The notes: generated from the letters alone by a model not told the origin. A stretch of DNA of 32,000 nucleotides from Methanofollis ethanolicus (GCF_001571385.1 NZ_BCNW01000001.1:2177470-2209469), one strand, 5' to 3'; counted from the first letter of the stretch, positions 1 through 9,729 are shown. Numbers and translations are program-made.

Positions 1-142
1 TTGCCATCCGCCCCCCATCGCAATGATGGGGGGCGGGGGGTGAAACCCCCCGGACAAGACGCCAGAACAGGATTTTTCAGAACCGAATGTGCGTCCTTTC
101 ATCGGCGTGCATGAAGGTTCGGATCCGTTTTGGGATGACCTC
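1..142 (+). repeat. Copy A (left-truncated by window) of a composite intergenic repeat
   Basis: ttgccatccgccccccatcgcaatgatggggggc...gaaaccccccgga...caggatttttcagaacc...gggatgacctc recurs near 18917-19060 and 21455-21719. Confidence 0.85.
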
Positions 143-195
143 CGGGAGAGGATCGGGCAATCACCTCTCCAGAGACAAAAAATGAAATTTCGGAG

Positions 196-897
196 TTATT
201 TGTACTCGCGCTTCGAGTAACTGTACGTCTCGCTGTCGCCGCCCCGCACGACGATGGCGATCCACTCCCAGAGCGACGTGAGCGTCCCGAACTGCTCGTA
301 CCGGCGCATGTCGAATGCGACGCGGAGTTTCGGGTCGAGGAGCACCGTGCCGACCTTCCGGGTGCGGCGGGCGATCTCCAGGTCGTCGCCGGCGTCGATG
401 CACCGGTACATCCCGACCTGCAGGAAGACATTGCGCCTGAAGGCGGTGTTGCACCCGAGAGTGTAGTAGATAGTGTGCGTCAGGGCGCCGACGCGGGAGA
501 AGAAGTTTGCCAGGGCAAGGGAGATCGCGTTCTTGATCCCCTTCTCCTTCGGGTACACGAGGCCAAAGACCTGCACCGCATCCTGGTGACCGGCAAAGTC
601 CGCCTCTATCCGCTCCAGCCAGTCGGGCGGGATGATGCAGTCCGCGTCGGTCGTGGCGATGATCTCGCCCTTTGCGGCCTTCGCACCGTCGTTACGTGCG
701 CCGCCGACTTTCTTGCTCGTCTGCACGAAGACGAGGTCGGCGTACCTCTCCGCGATCTCCCGCGTTGCATCCTTCGAGTTCCCGTCCACGACGATGATCT
801 CGTACCTTTCGCGCGGCAGAGTCTGGTTGCAGAGAGACTCAAGACAGGAGGCGATGTTCGCCTCCTCATTGTAAGTCGGAACGATAACCGAGATCAT
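196..897 (-). CDS. Glycosyltransferase family 2
   Basis: N-terminus MISVIVPTYNEEANIASCLESLCNQTL, EIIVVDGNSKD and DAGDD motifs typical of GT2; 233 aa; overlaps upstream gene by 4 nt. Confidence 0.92.
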   Translation of the reverse strand: MISVIVPTYNEEANIASCLESLCNQTLPRERYEIIVVDGNSKDATREIAERYADLVFVQTSKKVGGARNDGAKAAKGEIIATTDADCIIPPDWLERIEADFAGHQDAVQVFGLVYPKEKGIKNAISLALANFFSRVGALTHTIYYTLGCNTAFRRNVFLQVGMYRCIDAGDDLEIARRTRKVGTVLLDPKLRVAFDMRRYEQFGTLTSLWEWIAIVVRGGDSETYSYSKREYK

Positions 898-1874
898 TGA
901 CCAATCAACTCCCTGTAGAGGTTCATATGGAGGTCTGCGACCTCATTGATGTCGAATTTTCCTGAGAATGTTCGTGCAAGGGAAGCGTGCCTCCCGAGCG
1001 CCGCCTCGTCGCCAAAGAGCGTCCCCGCTTCCTCGTTGTCCCCGAAGAAGAGGGCGGCGTCCCCGAAGATCTCGACGAACTCCGGGATCCGCCTGACGAC
1101 GGTCGGCAGGCCGCTTGCCAGGGCCTCCAGCACGACGAGGCCGAAGGTCTCGGCATAGGAGGGCATGAAGAAGATGTCGGCCCCGCAATAGGCGGCGGCG
1201 ATGTCGTCGACAAAACCGGTGAAGGTGACGTTCTTCCCGCACCTCTCCTTCTCCTCCTCGATCCGGCCGTGGTCCTTGGAGAACCTCCCGTACGGATACC
1301 CGCCGACCCAGACGAAGTGAAGGTCCGGGTGGTCGTGCGAGAGGGCGAGGAAGTCGTGGATACCCTTCCGCGGCGTCTGCTGGGCGACCGAGAGCACCAC
1401 CCTCTCGTCCTCGCCGATGCCGTACTTCGCCCTGAATGCCGCCCGCTTCGCCAGGTCTGGCCTGAACCTCTCCCTGTCCACGCCGTTCGGGATGAGGGTG
1501 GTCGGGACGTCGGGGGCGATCTCGTGGACCTCCTCCTCGCAGAGGTGCGAGATGGTGATGATGTGGTCGAATCCCCCGTAAATTTCAGGGTAGAAGTGGT
1601 TCACCGTCTCCGAGAAGGCGAGGTTGCCGGTGTTGAGGCGCGGTGTCGAGTGGGCGGTGAGCACCTTGACGCCGTGGCTGTATTTCTTGTTCGTCAGGGC
1701 GAGGGGGCCGAAGGTGTGGTAGTGGACGAGGTCGAAGTCGCGGCCGCGGGCATTCCAGGAGACCTCCGGGCCGGCCTCTTCCCTCGCGAGGGCGCCGTAC
1801 AGGGTCTTTGCCAGGGTGGCGCACCCGATGTACTTGAAAAAGAGCATGTCCTCGACGAAGAAGTTGACCTTCAT
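894..1874 (-). CDS. Glycosyltransferase family 4 (group 1)
   Basis: GT4-like features: LVHYHTFGPLAL, ITISHLCEEEV, IPNGVDRERF, MPSYAETFGLVVLEALASGLPTV. Confidence 0.93.
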   Translation of the reverse strand: MKVNFFVEDMLFFKYIGCATLAKTLYGALAREEAGPEVSWNARGRDFDLVHYHTFGPLALTNKKYSHGVKVLTAHSTPRLNTGNLAFSETVNHFYPEIYGGFDHIITISHLCEEEVHEIAPDVPTTLIPNGVDRERFRPDLAKRAAFRAKYGIGEDERVVLSVAQQTPRKGIHDFLALSHDHPDLHFVWVGGYPYGRFSKDHGRIEEEKERCGKNVTFTGFVDDIAAAYCGADIFFMPSYAETFGLVVLEALASGLPTVVRRIPEFVEIFGDAALFFGDNEEAGTLFGDEAALGRHASLARTFSGKFDINEVADLHMNLYRELIGQ

Positions 1875-3184
1875 GGGTATTCCTTCACGAAATCGATGAC
1901 ATGGCGGATGCAGGCGTCCATATTGATGTACTCGAACTCCGCGAAACGGCCGACGAGGTCGATGCCCCGGCCCCGGCAGTAGTCCCTGACAACCCCGACA
2001 TTCTTCTGGTAGGCGAGGTCGTAGATGACGTACGCGTACCTCTGGCGGTCGACAGAGGCGGAGACGACCTGGTCGCGGGACGCAACGACGCCCATCTTCA
2101 TCAGGCCCTCGATAGTGTGGTCGATGAGGGCCTCGTCGTCCATCAGGGCGGCCTCGTCGCCGTCACGGTAGGTGATCTCGGCGAGGACCGACCCGCACCC
2201 GTCAGGGGCGTTCCCGTCACTGTAGCCCGAGGGGAAGGAGATGCGGTTGAAGAGACCGATCTCCTCCTGCGGGACATAGACCCAGGAGTACGGCGGGATC
2301 CCGCCCTTCAGGCCGAGGCAGATGCAGGCGACAGAGTTGTACGCGAGGGCTTTGCAGGCCTCCGTCACCGTCTCAGGCACGTCCTCCAGGCAGGGGAGGA
2401 GGGCCTGGAGGGGTATGGTGGAGACGCACCTCTCCGCCCTGACCTCCTTTGTGCCGTCGCTGATCACGAAGGCACCGTCCTCCTCTCTCACCGACCTGAC
2501 CGCGAATCCTGTCCTGATAATGTCCTCGACCGGCGCGGCGATCGCCCTGACCAGCGCCTCGATGCCCCCCACCTCGGGGTACGAGAAGACGGCCTGGTGG
2601 GTGTAGCCCTCTGTCTCGATGCCGACCGCCGCCTTGATCACGTCCTCCACCGGCGGCCGGGGGACCCGCCCGTCCACCCAGTGGGTGGACATCTCCTCGG
2701 GCGGGAACTTCCAGATCTTCCGGTTGTACGGGACCATATAGCAGTCGGCGATACCCTCCCCGAAGGTGCGGACGATCCACTCCCTGAAGTTCCGGGGGGC
2801 GGAGAGTTCCCCTTTCTCCGCTTTGATGAGAGTTTTTACGAACTCGTTGATGCAGAGGAAGAGGTCGTCCTTCGGGAGGTCTGCAAGACCATTCTCGAAG
2901 GGGTATTTGACGTATTTCCCCTTGTAGAAGATCTTGGTGTTCCGGTGCCTCTCTGTGCGGTTCTGCCCGAGCACCTCCTTCATAAATGCGAGGGCCCCGG
3001 CGTCCCGGGAGAAGATGATGTGCGATCCGCCTGTGTCAAAGGTGAAGCCGTCGATGGTCTTCGACCGGCAGAGACCTCCGTATTCAGGCTCCGCTTCGAG
3101 AACGACCACATCTTCGCCTCTCTCCCGGAGCAGTCTGGCCAGAGTCACCCCGGTCAGCCCGCCGCCCAGTATCGCCGTTTTCAC
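1871..3184 (-). CDS. FAD-dependent NAD(P)-binding oxidoreductase, UDP-galactopyranose mutase / protoporphyrinogen oxidase-like
   Basis: AILGGGLTGVTLARLLRERGEDVVVLEAEPEYGGLCRS dinucleotide-binding motif; FDTGGSHIIF; NRKIWKFPPEEMSTHW. Confidence 0.82.
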   Translation of the reverse strand: MKTAILGGGLTGVTLARLLRERGEDVVVLEAEPEYGGLCRSKTIDGFTFDTGGSHIIFSRDAGALAFMKEVLGQNRTERHRNTKIFYKGKYVKYPFENGLADLPKDDLFLCINEFVKTLIKAEKGELSAPRNFREWIVRTFGEGIADCYMVPYNRKIWKFPPEEMSTHWVDGRVPRPPVEDVIKAAVGIETEGYTHQAVFSYPEVGGIEALVRAIAAPVEDIIRTGFAVRSVREEDGAFVISDGTKEVRAERCVSTIPLQALLPCLEDVPETVTEACKALAYNSVACICLGLKGGIPPYSWVYVPQEEIGLFNRISFPSGYSDGNAPDGCGSVLAEITYRDGDEAALMDDEALIDHTIEGLMKMGVVASRDQVVSASVDRQRYAYVIYDLAYQKNVGVVRDYCRGRGIDLVGRFAEFEYINMDACIRHVIDFVKEYP

Positions 3185-3355
3185 GCCATAGAGATTCGCG
3201 GTCGGGTGATATATGATTGTTCATAGGGAAGGCGTCGATACAAAGCGGGGCATTTTCTTTCGCATTGCGCCTGTTCCTCCCGGTGCATCCGCACCTGTCT
3301 GTCAGGAAACCGGATGACACTCACTATATTAATCCTGACCCACAATCTCATCAGG

Positions 3356-4246
3356 ATGATTACCCTCAAACCTGGCGATGTCGAGGCGGGCGGCGTCGGC
3401 CTGAGAAACCACCTCATCCTTGCGGCCGGCGTCCTCGGGACGACCGGCGCCTCACTCTCGCGGATGCTCAGGCTCGGTGCCGGCGGCGTGGTCACGAAGT
3501 CCATCGGCCCCGCGCCCAATGCGGGCCACCACGGCCCCTGCCTGATCAGGACGGACTGCGGACTGCTCAATGCGATGGGCCTCCCGAACCCGTCGAAGAA
3601 CTTCGTCGAGGAACTGGAGCCCCTCACGGGCGAACCGGTGGTCGTGAGCATCTTCGGGGGCAACCCCGAGGAGTTCAAGGAGGTCGCCGGGTGGTTCGCC
3701 GGGCAGGCGCAGGCCTTCGAACTGAACGTGAGTTGTCCTCATGCCGAGGGGTATGGGGCGGCGATCGGGACTGACCCGGAGACGGTGCTCGAGTGCACGC
3801 GGGCGGTCGCCTCGTACGGCCTGCCGGTCTGGGTGAAACTCACCCCGAATGTCACCGACATCACGACCATCGGGAAGGCGGCGGAGCAGGGCGGGGCGAG
3901 CGCGATCGTGGCCGTCAACACGGTGCGGGCGATGCGGATCTCCACCGCGATGCGCCGGCCCGTGCTGGGACACAGGTCAGGCGGACTTTCCGGGAAGGCG
4001 ATCTTCCCCGTCGCGGTGAAGTGTGTCTGGGACCTGTACGAGGCCTGCTCCGTCCCGATCATCGGGTGCGGCGGGGTCTCGACGGCGAACGACGTCGTCG
4101 AGATGATGATGGCCGGTGCGCAGGCGGTCGAGATCGGGAGCGCGGTCGTCGACGACGTGCGGGTCTTCGAGCGGATCGGGCGTGACCTCTATGCAAAGGA
4201 CGGCCATGCGGCCGACGAGATCGTGGGGGCGGCGCACCATGACTGA
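3356..4246 (+). CDS. pyrD: Dihydroorotate dehydrogenase B catalytic subunit
   Basis: ORF 3314-4246; MITLKPGDVEAGGVGLRNHLILAAGVLGTTG, FELNVSCPHAEGYG, VKLTPNVTDI, GCGGVSTANDVVEMMMAGAQAVEIGSA. ATG 3356 preferred because actatattaat resembles a TATA box about 25 nt upstream. Confidence 0.93.
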   Translation: MITLKPGDVEAGGVGLRNHLILAAGVLGTTGASLSRMLRLGAGGVVTKSIGPAPNAGHHGPCLIRTDCGLLNAMGLPNPSKNFVEELEPLTGEPVVVSIFGGNPEEFKEVAGWFAGQAQAFELNVSCPHAEGYGAAIGTDPETVLECTRAVASYGLPVWVKLTPNVTDITTIGKAAEQGGASAIVAVNTVRAMRISTAMRRPVLGHRSGGLSGKAIFPVAVKCVWDLYEACSVPIIGCGGVSTANDVVEMMMAGAQAVEIGSAVVDDVRVFERIGRDLYAKDGHAADEIVGAAHHD

Positions 4247-5057
4247 GATCCCCACGATGCCGGTGCCGGTGACGATCAAGGCGATCGTGCAGGAGACCCC
4301 GTCGATCAGGACCTTCTACTTCGACCCGGCCATCCCCTCCTCGCCCGGCCAGTTCGTGATGGTCTGGGTGCCGGGCATCGACGAGATCCCGATGGCCCTC
4401 TCCTCAAGCCACTCGATCACCGTCCAGAAGGTGGGGGACGCCACCGCGGCCCTCTTTACGATGCAGGTCGGCGACCGCCTCGGTATCCGCGGGCCTCTCG
4501 GCAACGGGTTCATCGTGAGCGGGAAGACTCTCGCGATCGGCGGCGGTGTCGGTGCCGCTCCTCTCCTGAACCTTGTCTCGGCAGGACAGGTGAGCACCTT
4601 CCTTCTCGGGGCGCGGACGAAAGACGAACTCCTCTTCGCCCCGCTGATCCGGGCGACGTGCACCCTGCGCATCGCCACCGACGACGGGACGGCCGGCCGC
4701 CACGGTTTTGTCACCGACCTGATGGACGAGACCGACCTTGCCGACTACGACCATATCTGCGTCTGCGGCCCGGAGATCATGATGGTGAAGGTGCTCGACC
4801 GTCTCCAGAAGGCGGACATCGCGGAGCGCGGCCAGTTCTCCCTTCACCGGTACATGAAGTGCGGCATCGGCGTCTGCGGGTCCTGCGCCACCGACCCGCA
4901 CGGTCTGCGGGTCTGCCGGGACGGCCCGGTCTTCACCGGCGACAGTCTCCTCGAAACCGAGTTCGGGAAATATACACGCGACGCCAGCGGCCGCAGGGTC
5001 CACTTCCCGCCGCTCCACCCCGAAACTCCGAAAAAGCCGGAGACGAAGGAAGAATAA
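4239..5057 (+). CDS. pyrK: Dihydroorotate dehydrogenase electron-transfer subunit (FAD / 2Fe-2S)
   Basis: Overlaps pyrD stop; LGIRGPLGNGF, GGGVGAAPLLNL, Cys cluster KCGIGVCGSCATDPHGLRVCRDGPVF. Confidence 0.93.
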   Translation: MTEIPTMPVPVTIKAIVQETPSIRTFYFDPAIPSSPGQFVMVWVPGIDEIPMALSSSHSITVQKVGDATAALFTMQVGDRLGIRGPLGNGFIVSGKTLAIGGGVGAAPLLNLVSAGQVSTFLLGARTKDELLFAPLIRATCTLRIATDDGTAGRHGFVTDLMDETDLADYDHICVCGPEIMMVKVLDRLQKADIAERGQFSLHRYMKCGIGVCGSCATDPHGLRVCRDGPVFTGDSLLETEFGKYTRDASGRRVHFPPLHPETPKKPETKEE

Positions 5058-5069
5058 GAGAGCCTCCAC

Positions 5070-5077
5070 TTTTTTTG
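5070..5077 (+). terminator. Oligo-T terminator candidate after pyrK
   Basis: Run of T immediately 3' of pyrK stop; typical archaeal termination signal. Confidence 0.4.
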
Positions 5078-5166
5078 CGGTCCGATAAGTGTCAGAGGAC
5101 GGGCCGATGCCGGGAGTGAATGACCCGGGAGAGGCCCGACTCATTTTCAAAAAAAAGATTCAGGTC

Positions 5167-5787
5167 TCAGTCCTCGACCCTGGCTCCGGTTTTCGCCTCG
5201 AACTGGGCCCTGAACTTCTCCAGGTCGTGGATATGGTTGATGTTTGTGAAAGTGAGGAGGTCAGGGTCCATTTCCCGGAAAGATTCCACATCCATATATC
5301 GTGCGTTGAGACTCCGGATCATCGCCCGCAGGGAGAGGGACTCGTGCTCCCTGAGGTAGTCCATGACCGCCGAACGGCGGTAGACGGCATGGAGGGGTTC
5401 GTACATCTCCTTGTTCCAGAAGGGGATGGCGGCGTCGAAATCGTCGAGACCGTCAAAAAGGGCGTTAATCACCCCGCCGTTGATGCAGGGCATGTCGCAG
5501 GCGACGACAAAGAGTGTCTCGCCGTGCGCCGCAAGGCACCCGGCATGGAGGCCGCCGATGGGGCCGAGACCGGGCCTGAGGTCGGAGATGCAGACGACAT
5601 CCTCGAAGCCGGCAAAACGGGCGCACTGTTCCCTGTTCCGTGCCACGATGACGATCTCGTCGACCACCCCCCTCAGGGTCTCAAGCAGTCGTTCGATGAA
5701 CGTCTTGCCGCAGAACTCGAAGAGATACTTCTCCACGCCGCCGGCACGGCGCCCCTCGCCGCCCACCAGCACGATGCCCGTCCGCAT
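5167..5787 (-). CDS. mobA: Molybdenum cofactor guanylyltransferase-like nucleotidyltransferase
   Basis: MRTGIVLVGGEGRRAGGVEKYLFEFCGKTFIERLLETL; DLRPGLGPIGGLHAGC; VVACDMPCI. Confidence 0.85.
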   Translation of the reverse strand: MRTGIVLVGGEGRRAGGVEKYLFEFCGKTFIERLLETLRGVVDEIVIVARNREQCARFAGFEDVVCISDLRPGLGPIGGLHAGCLAAHGETLFVVACDMPCINGGVINALFDGLDDFDAAIPFWNKEMYEPLHAVYRRSAVMDYLREHESLSLRAMIRSLNARYMDVESFREMDPDLLTFTNINHIHDLEKFRAQFEAKTGARVED

Positions 5788-5788
5788 G

Positions 5789-6703
5789 TTACCCCAGAAG
5801 TGACTCGCGGAAGTGCATCAGCTTTGTGATGCAGTCGTTGTACGGGGCAGGTATGCCGTACGTCGCGGCGCGTGCGGCGATCTCGCCGTTCATGAAGTCG
5901 ATCTCGGTCAGGTGCCCGTGTTTGATGTCCTGAAGCATGGAGGCGTGGTGCTCGGCGGTGCTCGGCACCTGGACGTCGTGAAGATAGGCGAGGTAGTCGT
6001 CGGCCGTCTTCCAGGGGACGCGGACCCCTTCCCGCGCCATGACGGCAAAGGCCTCCCTGACGACGTGCTCGATGATCCCCCAGGTCATGGGGTGGATGAG
6101 TTTCCCGTACGGGACGCCCATCAGGGCGCCGAGGGGGTTGAGGGAGGAGTTGTACAGGGTCTTCGCCCAGAGGTCGCCCCTGATGTGGCTGCTCCCCTCG
6201 ACAGGGATGCCTGCCTTCTCAACGAGGGCGACGAGGGCGTCGACCTTCGGGTCGGGGCCGTCGGGGAAGCGGCCGAGTTTCATCGGGCCGCCCACGACCG
6301 AGACATGGACAGAGGCGTCCCCGGCCCACTCGAAACCGGTGATGATCGTGCCGCCGATCACATGGTCGGTGTACGCCGCGATGATCTCCTCGTTCCCGAT
6401 GCCGTTCTGGAGGCTGACCGTCTCGGCGTCCTTGATCACGTCGGCGAACTCCTCGCAGACCGACCGGGTGGCGAGCGACTTGGAGGTGATGAAGATAAAG
6501 TCATAGCGCTCGCCTTCGGGCACGGTCTCGGAAGCGGAGAAATGGAATGTCCCCTCGCCCCAGAGACCGGTCATCCGAAAGCCGCGCTCTGCGATCGCAT
6601 CGGCATGCCGTTGTCTGCAGACGGCATGGACGTCGCAGTGGTCCGAGAGCCTGGCCGCAAGGGAGAGGCCGACTGCACCTGCTCCGAGTATCAGCACTTT
6701 CAT
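5789..6703 (-). CDS. panE: Ketopantoate reductase-like (2-dehydropantoate 2-reductase)
   Basis: MKVLILGAGAVGLSLAARL; SLQNGIGNEEII; KTLYNSSLNPLGALMGVPYG; HHASMLQDIKHGHLTEIDFMNGEI. Confidence 0.9.
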   Translation of the reverse strand: MKVLILGAGAVGLSLAARLSDHCDVHAVCRQRHADAIAERGFRMTGLWGEGTFHFSASETVPEGERYDFIFITSKSLATRSVCEEFADVIKDAETVSLQNGIGNEEIIAAYTDHVIGGTIITGFEWAGDASVHVSVVGGPMKLGRFPDGPDPKVDALVALVEKAGIPVEGSSHIRGDLWAKTLYNSSLNPLGALMGVPYGKLIHPMTWGIIEHVVREAFAVMAREGVRVPWKTADDYLAYLHDVQVPSTAEHHASMLQDIKHGHLTEIDFMNGEIAARAATYGIPAPYNDCITKLMHFRESLLG

Positions 6704-6738
6704 GGAAAAATCACTCCATAGGTTTGCACCGCAGGGGC

Positions 6739-7179
6739 TTAAGATATCCCCCTTCCCGCCTCCATGGCAAGGAGGGCCCGCTTCAGATCAACCGAAGGAG
6801 AGAACCCGCCGATCCCGCCCTTCGCCACAACACGGTGGCAGGGGACGACGAGGGGTGTGGGGTTGGCCCGCATCGCGTTGCCGACGACCCGCGCCGACGT
6901 CCCCACCCGTGCGGCGACCTCCCCGTAGGTCGCCGTCTCCCCGTACGGGACCGCCTGCACCGCCCGGTAGATCCGTGCATAGACGGTGTCCCCCTCGACT
7001 GCCGCGCTCCGGAGGCCGACGAGGGCGGCGGGGTCGCCGGCAAGGTACCGGACAAAGGGGGCCGGCGCCCGTGCCAGGGCAGGCGACCGCCCGAACCGCA
7101 CCTGGAGGACGCGGTCTCCCGACCAGACGACATGGACATGCCAGAGCCCGAAGGGGCAACTTCCTTCCTGCACTCCCAT
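6739..7179 (-). CDS. ogt: Methylated-DNA--protein-cysteine methyltransferase
   Basis: VPYGETATYGEVAARVG, GNAMRANPTPLVVPCHRVVAKGGIGGFS with catalytic PCHR; longer ORF starts at 7299 but the domain begins near the internal Met at 7179. Confidence 0.9.
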   Translation of the reverse strand: MGVQEGSCPFGLWHVHVVWSGDRVLQVRFGRSPALARAPAPFVRYLAGDPAALVGLRSAAVEGDTVYARIYRAVQAVPYGETATYGEVAARVGTSARVVGNAMRANPTPLVVPCHRVVAKGGIGGFSPSVDLKRALLAMEAGRGIS

Positions 7180-7416
7180 CCTGCAGGTGGGTTTTGCGTC
7201 GTGAAAGAAAAGGGTGGTGGTGGGGACTCGGGAGAGAATGATATGCACCGGTGATAGCGTGCGGGGTTGGGTAACTCTGACCCGTCCCCTTCCTGTCATG
7301 TCGCCGCTGCTTTTTCATTTTCGGCCTTACGTCGTATCAAGCATACCTACGCCCATTTCTCCCTCATCACTATATTCTCCATCTGAGGAGAGGGAACCAT
7401 CTCACCTCTATCCTAA

Positions 7417-7453
7417 TGGTGGGGGGACCGGGGGGTGAAACCCCCCGGGGGGG
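7417..7453. repeat. GC-rich intergenic hairpin element
   Basis: ggggggaccggggggtgaaaccccccggg: inverted repeat CCGGGGGGT-GAA-ACCCCCCGG. Confidence 0.7.
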
Positions 7454-7562
7454 TGCGTAGATCCACGGCCTTCCCCATATTTTTCACCGGGGCAAAAGTC
7501 CCCCGGCGCGTGACACCGATCAACCGCCTTCCACCCCTATCCTGAGCAGGGAACCGGGGCAA

Positions 7563-7600
7563 CGAGCGACAGCGAGTTCAAGAAAATCTCTGATTTTCGG
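7563..7600 (+). repeat. Short REP-like hairpin element
   Basis: cgagcgacagcgagttcaagaaaatc-tct-gattttcgg; same head/stem/3-nt-loop layout as elements at 21489-21576. Confidence 0.7.
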
Positions 7601-7632
7601 CGTAGTCCCCCAGCACAGGAATCCTCGGCCCT

Positions 7633-9642
7633 CTACTTCCACGTCGCCACGAGTTCCCTGAACCTGACGACGTCGCAGACCTCCATCTCCTGCTGCATCC
7701 AGGGGGGGAGGCCGGCGAAGACGCCGGGGTCAAGGAAGCGTTCTTCGGCGAGGACGAGGACGCCGGTGTCCTCCGGTGTCCGCAGAACCCGGCCGAGGGC
7801 CTGGGTGGCCCTGTTGATCGCCGGGAGGGTGTACGAGATGAACTCGCCCTCGCGCCCGAACTTGTGCCTGTAGTACTCGATCACCATCTTCCGAACGCTG
7901 TTGTAGGGAGCGAGGGGGAGGCCGACGACCATCGCCCCGCGGAGCATCTCGCCGCGGTAGTCCAGGCCCTCGCTCCACTTGCCGCCGCAGACGGCAAAGA
8001 GGATCCCGGCCCGCCCCTTCTCGGGGAGAGAGACGAACTCCTGAAGAGCGGCCGTCGCCTCCCTGGACTCCTTCGGTTCGGTGAAGACCTCTTTCCCGTT
8101 TATGCGGCCGCCGCAGAGTTGGGCATAGGTGTTCAGGATCTGGTACGAGGGGAAGTAGACCGCGAGGTTGCCGCGGGCATGGGCAAACGCCCTGATGTAC
8201 TCGACGATCCTCCCGGTGTTCTGTTTGTTCTGGCGCATCCTGTAGGCGGTGGTGACGTCCCGACCGCAGGCGACAAGACGGTTCTCCTTCGGGAAACTGT
8301 TCGGGAGGGAGAGGGTCTGCACAGGGATGTCGCCGAAGTAGTACTTCCTGTAGGCGTCGAGGGGCGAGAGCGTGCCTGAGATGAGGATGCAGGCGGCGTG
8401 GGCCTGCCCGATCTCCTGGAGTTTCTCGCCGGGGTCGATGTTTCGCACCTCCAGTTCCACCTTCCCCTCGGCAGAGCGGTACAGGGTGAGGAAGGTCGGG
8501 TCCGCACCGGCACGGAAGACGCGGTACATGAAGTCGGCGAGGCGCTCGACCGCACTCTCCTTGTAGACCCCGGCGCTCTTGTTCTTTTCAGAGATGCGGT
8601 TTGCGATCTTCGAGAGGTCGCCGACGATCTCTTCGAGATTTTTGTACAGCGAACCCCTGACCACCGACCGGTGGAAGATGCCGGGGTCGAACCAGTCCTC
8701 CCCCTTCTCCGAGCGCCTGAGGGCCTCCATGAATGTCTCGATGTTCGGGAGGATCTGGCGGACGGCGTTCACGTCCTTCATCGTCCGGGAGAGGTGGGCG
8801 AGTTCGGTCATCGCCTGTTCGAGCATCTCGTATTCGAGGACGACGCTCTGGATCCCCTCCACGACGTCGCCACAGTTGTGGGCCTCGTCGATGAGGAGGA
8901 GGACGTCTTTGGGCTCGATATCGAGGGTGGCGTACAACTGGTCCCTGATATCGTCGTTGAAGAGGTGGTGGAAGTTGCAGATGAGGACGTCGGCACCCCG
9001 CGCCGCCTGCATCATCGTCTCGTACGGGCACATGCCGCTGCAGAAGGACTTCAGGTTCTCCGGGGCGATCGCCTCGCTCTTCACCCTGTCGGCCTTCTGC
9101 CTGAGCGTCACGGACGACGCCATCCGCAGGCCGCTCTCCTCGTCGCCCCGCACAAACACCTTGCTCCTGATGAAATACGGACAGATGAGGGGGTGCTCCG
9201 GGTCCAGGTGCCGGATCTGGTCCTGGATCGTCCGGTCCTCGGAGGGGACGAGGGAGCCCTTCTGCGCCCTCTCCCGCATCAGTGCCGAGGAGAAGGCCTT
9301 GACCCCCTCGCACCGGCGGTACGGATCGCCTTCGCCGCCGAGGGGGCACATCGAGCCCTTGCCGACGAGGTACGAGAATGTCAGCGACGGCTGCTTTTTC
9401 CTGACAAGGGCGAGTTCCCTGATGAAGGTGGCGAGTTGGGAGATCGTCCGCACCGCCACGATCACCTTGCGCCCGTTGCGTTCGGCGAGGAGGGCCGAGA
9501 CGACGCTCGACTTCCCGCTCCCTGTCGGGGCGTCGATCATGGCGATCCCGCCGGACCGCGCGGTCTCCGCGGCAAATGCCAGCATCTCGCGCTGGTTGGG
9601 GCGGAAGTCCGGATACGGGAACCAGTCATCAAGCGGGTCCAT
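7633..9642 (-). CDS. ATP-dependent DNA helicase, XPD/Rad3/DinG-like superfamily 2 with probable Fe-S cluster
   Basis: Walker A IDAPTGSGKSS, DEAH box LLLIDEAHN, cysteines GSMCPLG..RRCEG..LICPYF..FCSGMCPYE, GLPLAPYNSVRKMVIEYY, QALGRVLRTPEDTG. Confidence 0.93.
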   Translation of the reverse strand: MDPLDDWFPYPDFRPNQREMLAFAAETARSGGIAMIDAPTGSGKSSVVSALLAERNGRKVIVAVRTISQLATFIRELALVRKKQPSLTFSYLVGKGSMCPLGGEGDPYRRCEGVKAFSSALMRERAQKGSLVPSEDRTIQDQIRHLDPEHPLICPYFIRSKVFVRGDEESGLRMASSVTLRQKADRVKSEAIAPENLKSFCSGMCPYETMMQAARGADVLICNFHHLFNDDIRDQLYATLDIEPKDVLLLIDEAHNCGDVVEGIQSVVLEYEMLEQAMTELAHLSRTMKDVNAVRQILPNIETFMEALRRSEKGEDWFDPGIFHRSVVRGSLYKNLEEIVGDLSKIANRISEKNKSAGVYKESAVERLADFMYRVFRAGADPTFLTLYRSAEGKVELEVRNIDPGEKLQEIGQAHAACILISGTLSPLDAYRKYYFGDIPVQTLSLPNSFPKENRLVACGRDVTTAYRMRQNKQNTGRIVEYIRAFAHARGNLAVYFPSYQILNTYAQLCGGRINGKEVFTEPKESREATAALQEFVSLPEKGRAGILFAVCGGKWSEGLDYRGEMLRGAMVVGLPLAPYNSVRKMVIEYYRHKFGREGEFISYTLPAINRATQALGRVLRTPEDTGVLVLAEERFLDPGVFAGLPPWMQQEMEVCDVVRFRELVATWK

Positions 9643-9729
9643 TCAATACCGTTTTGTCGGCGGGCATGATGTAGTATTGGGTCGGTCTGACAAAGGGATA
9701 AGAGCGAGGAGGACAAGGACGGAGGGGGG

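Noticed and set aside
1901-3226. 441-aa plus-strand ORF opposite the FAD oxidoreductase
   Set aside because: Antisense artifact in GC-rich DNA.
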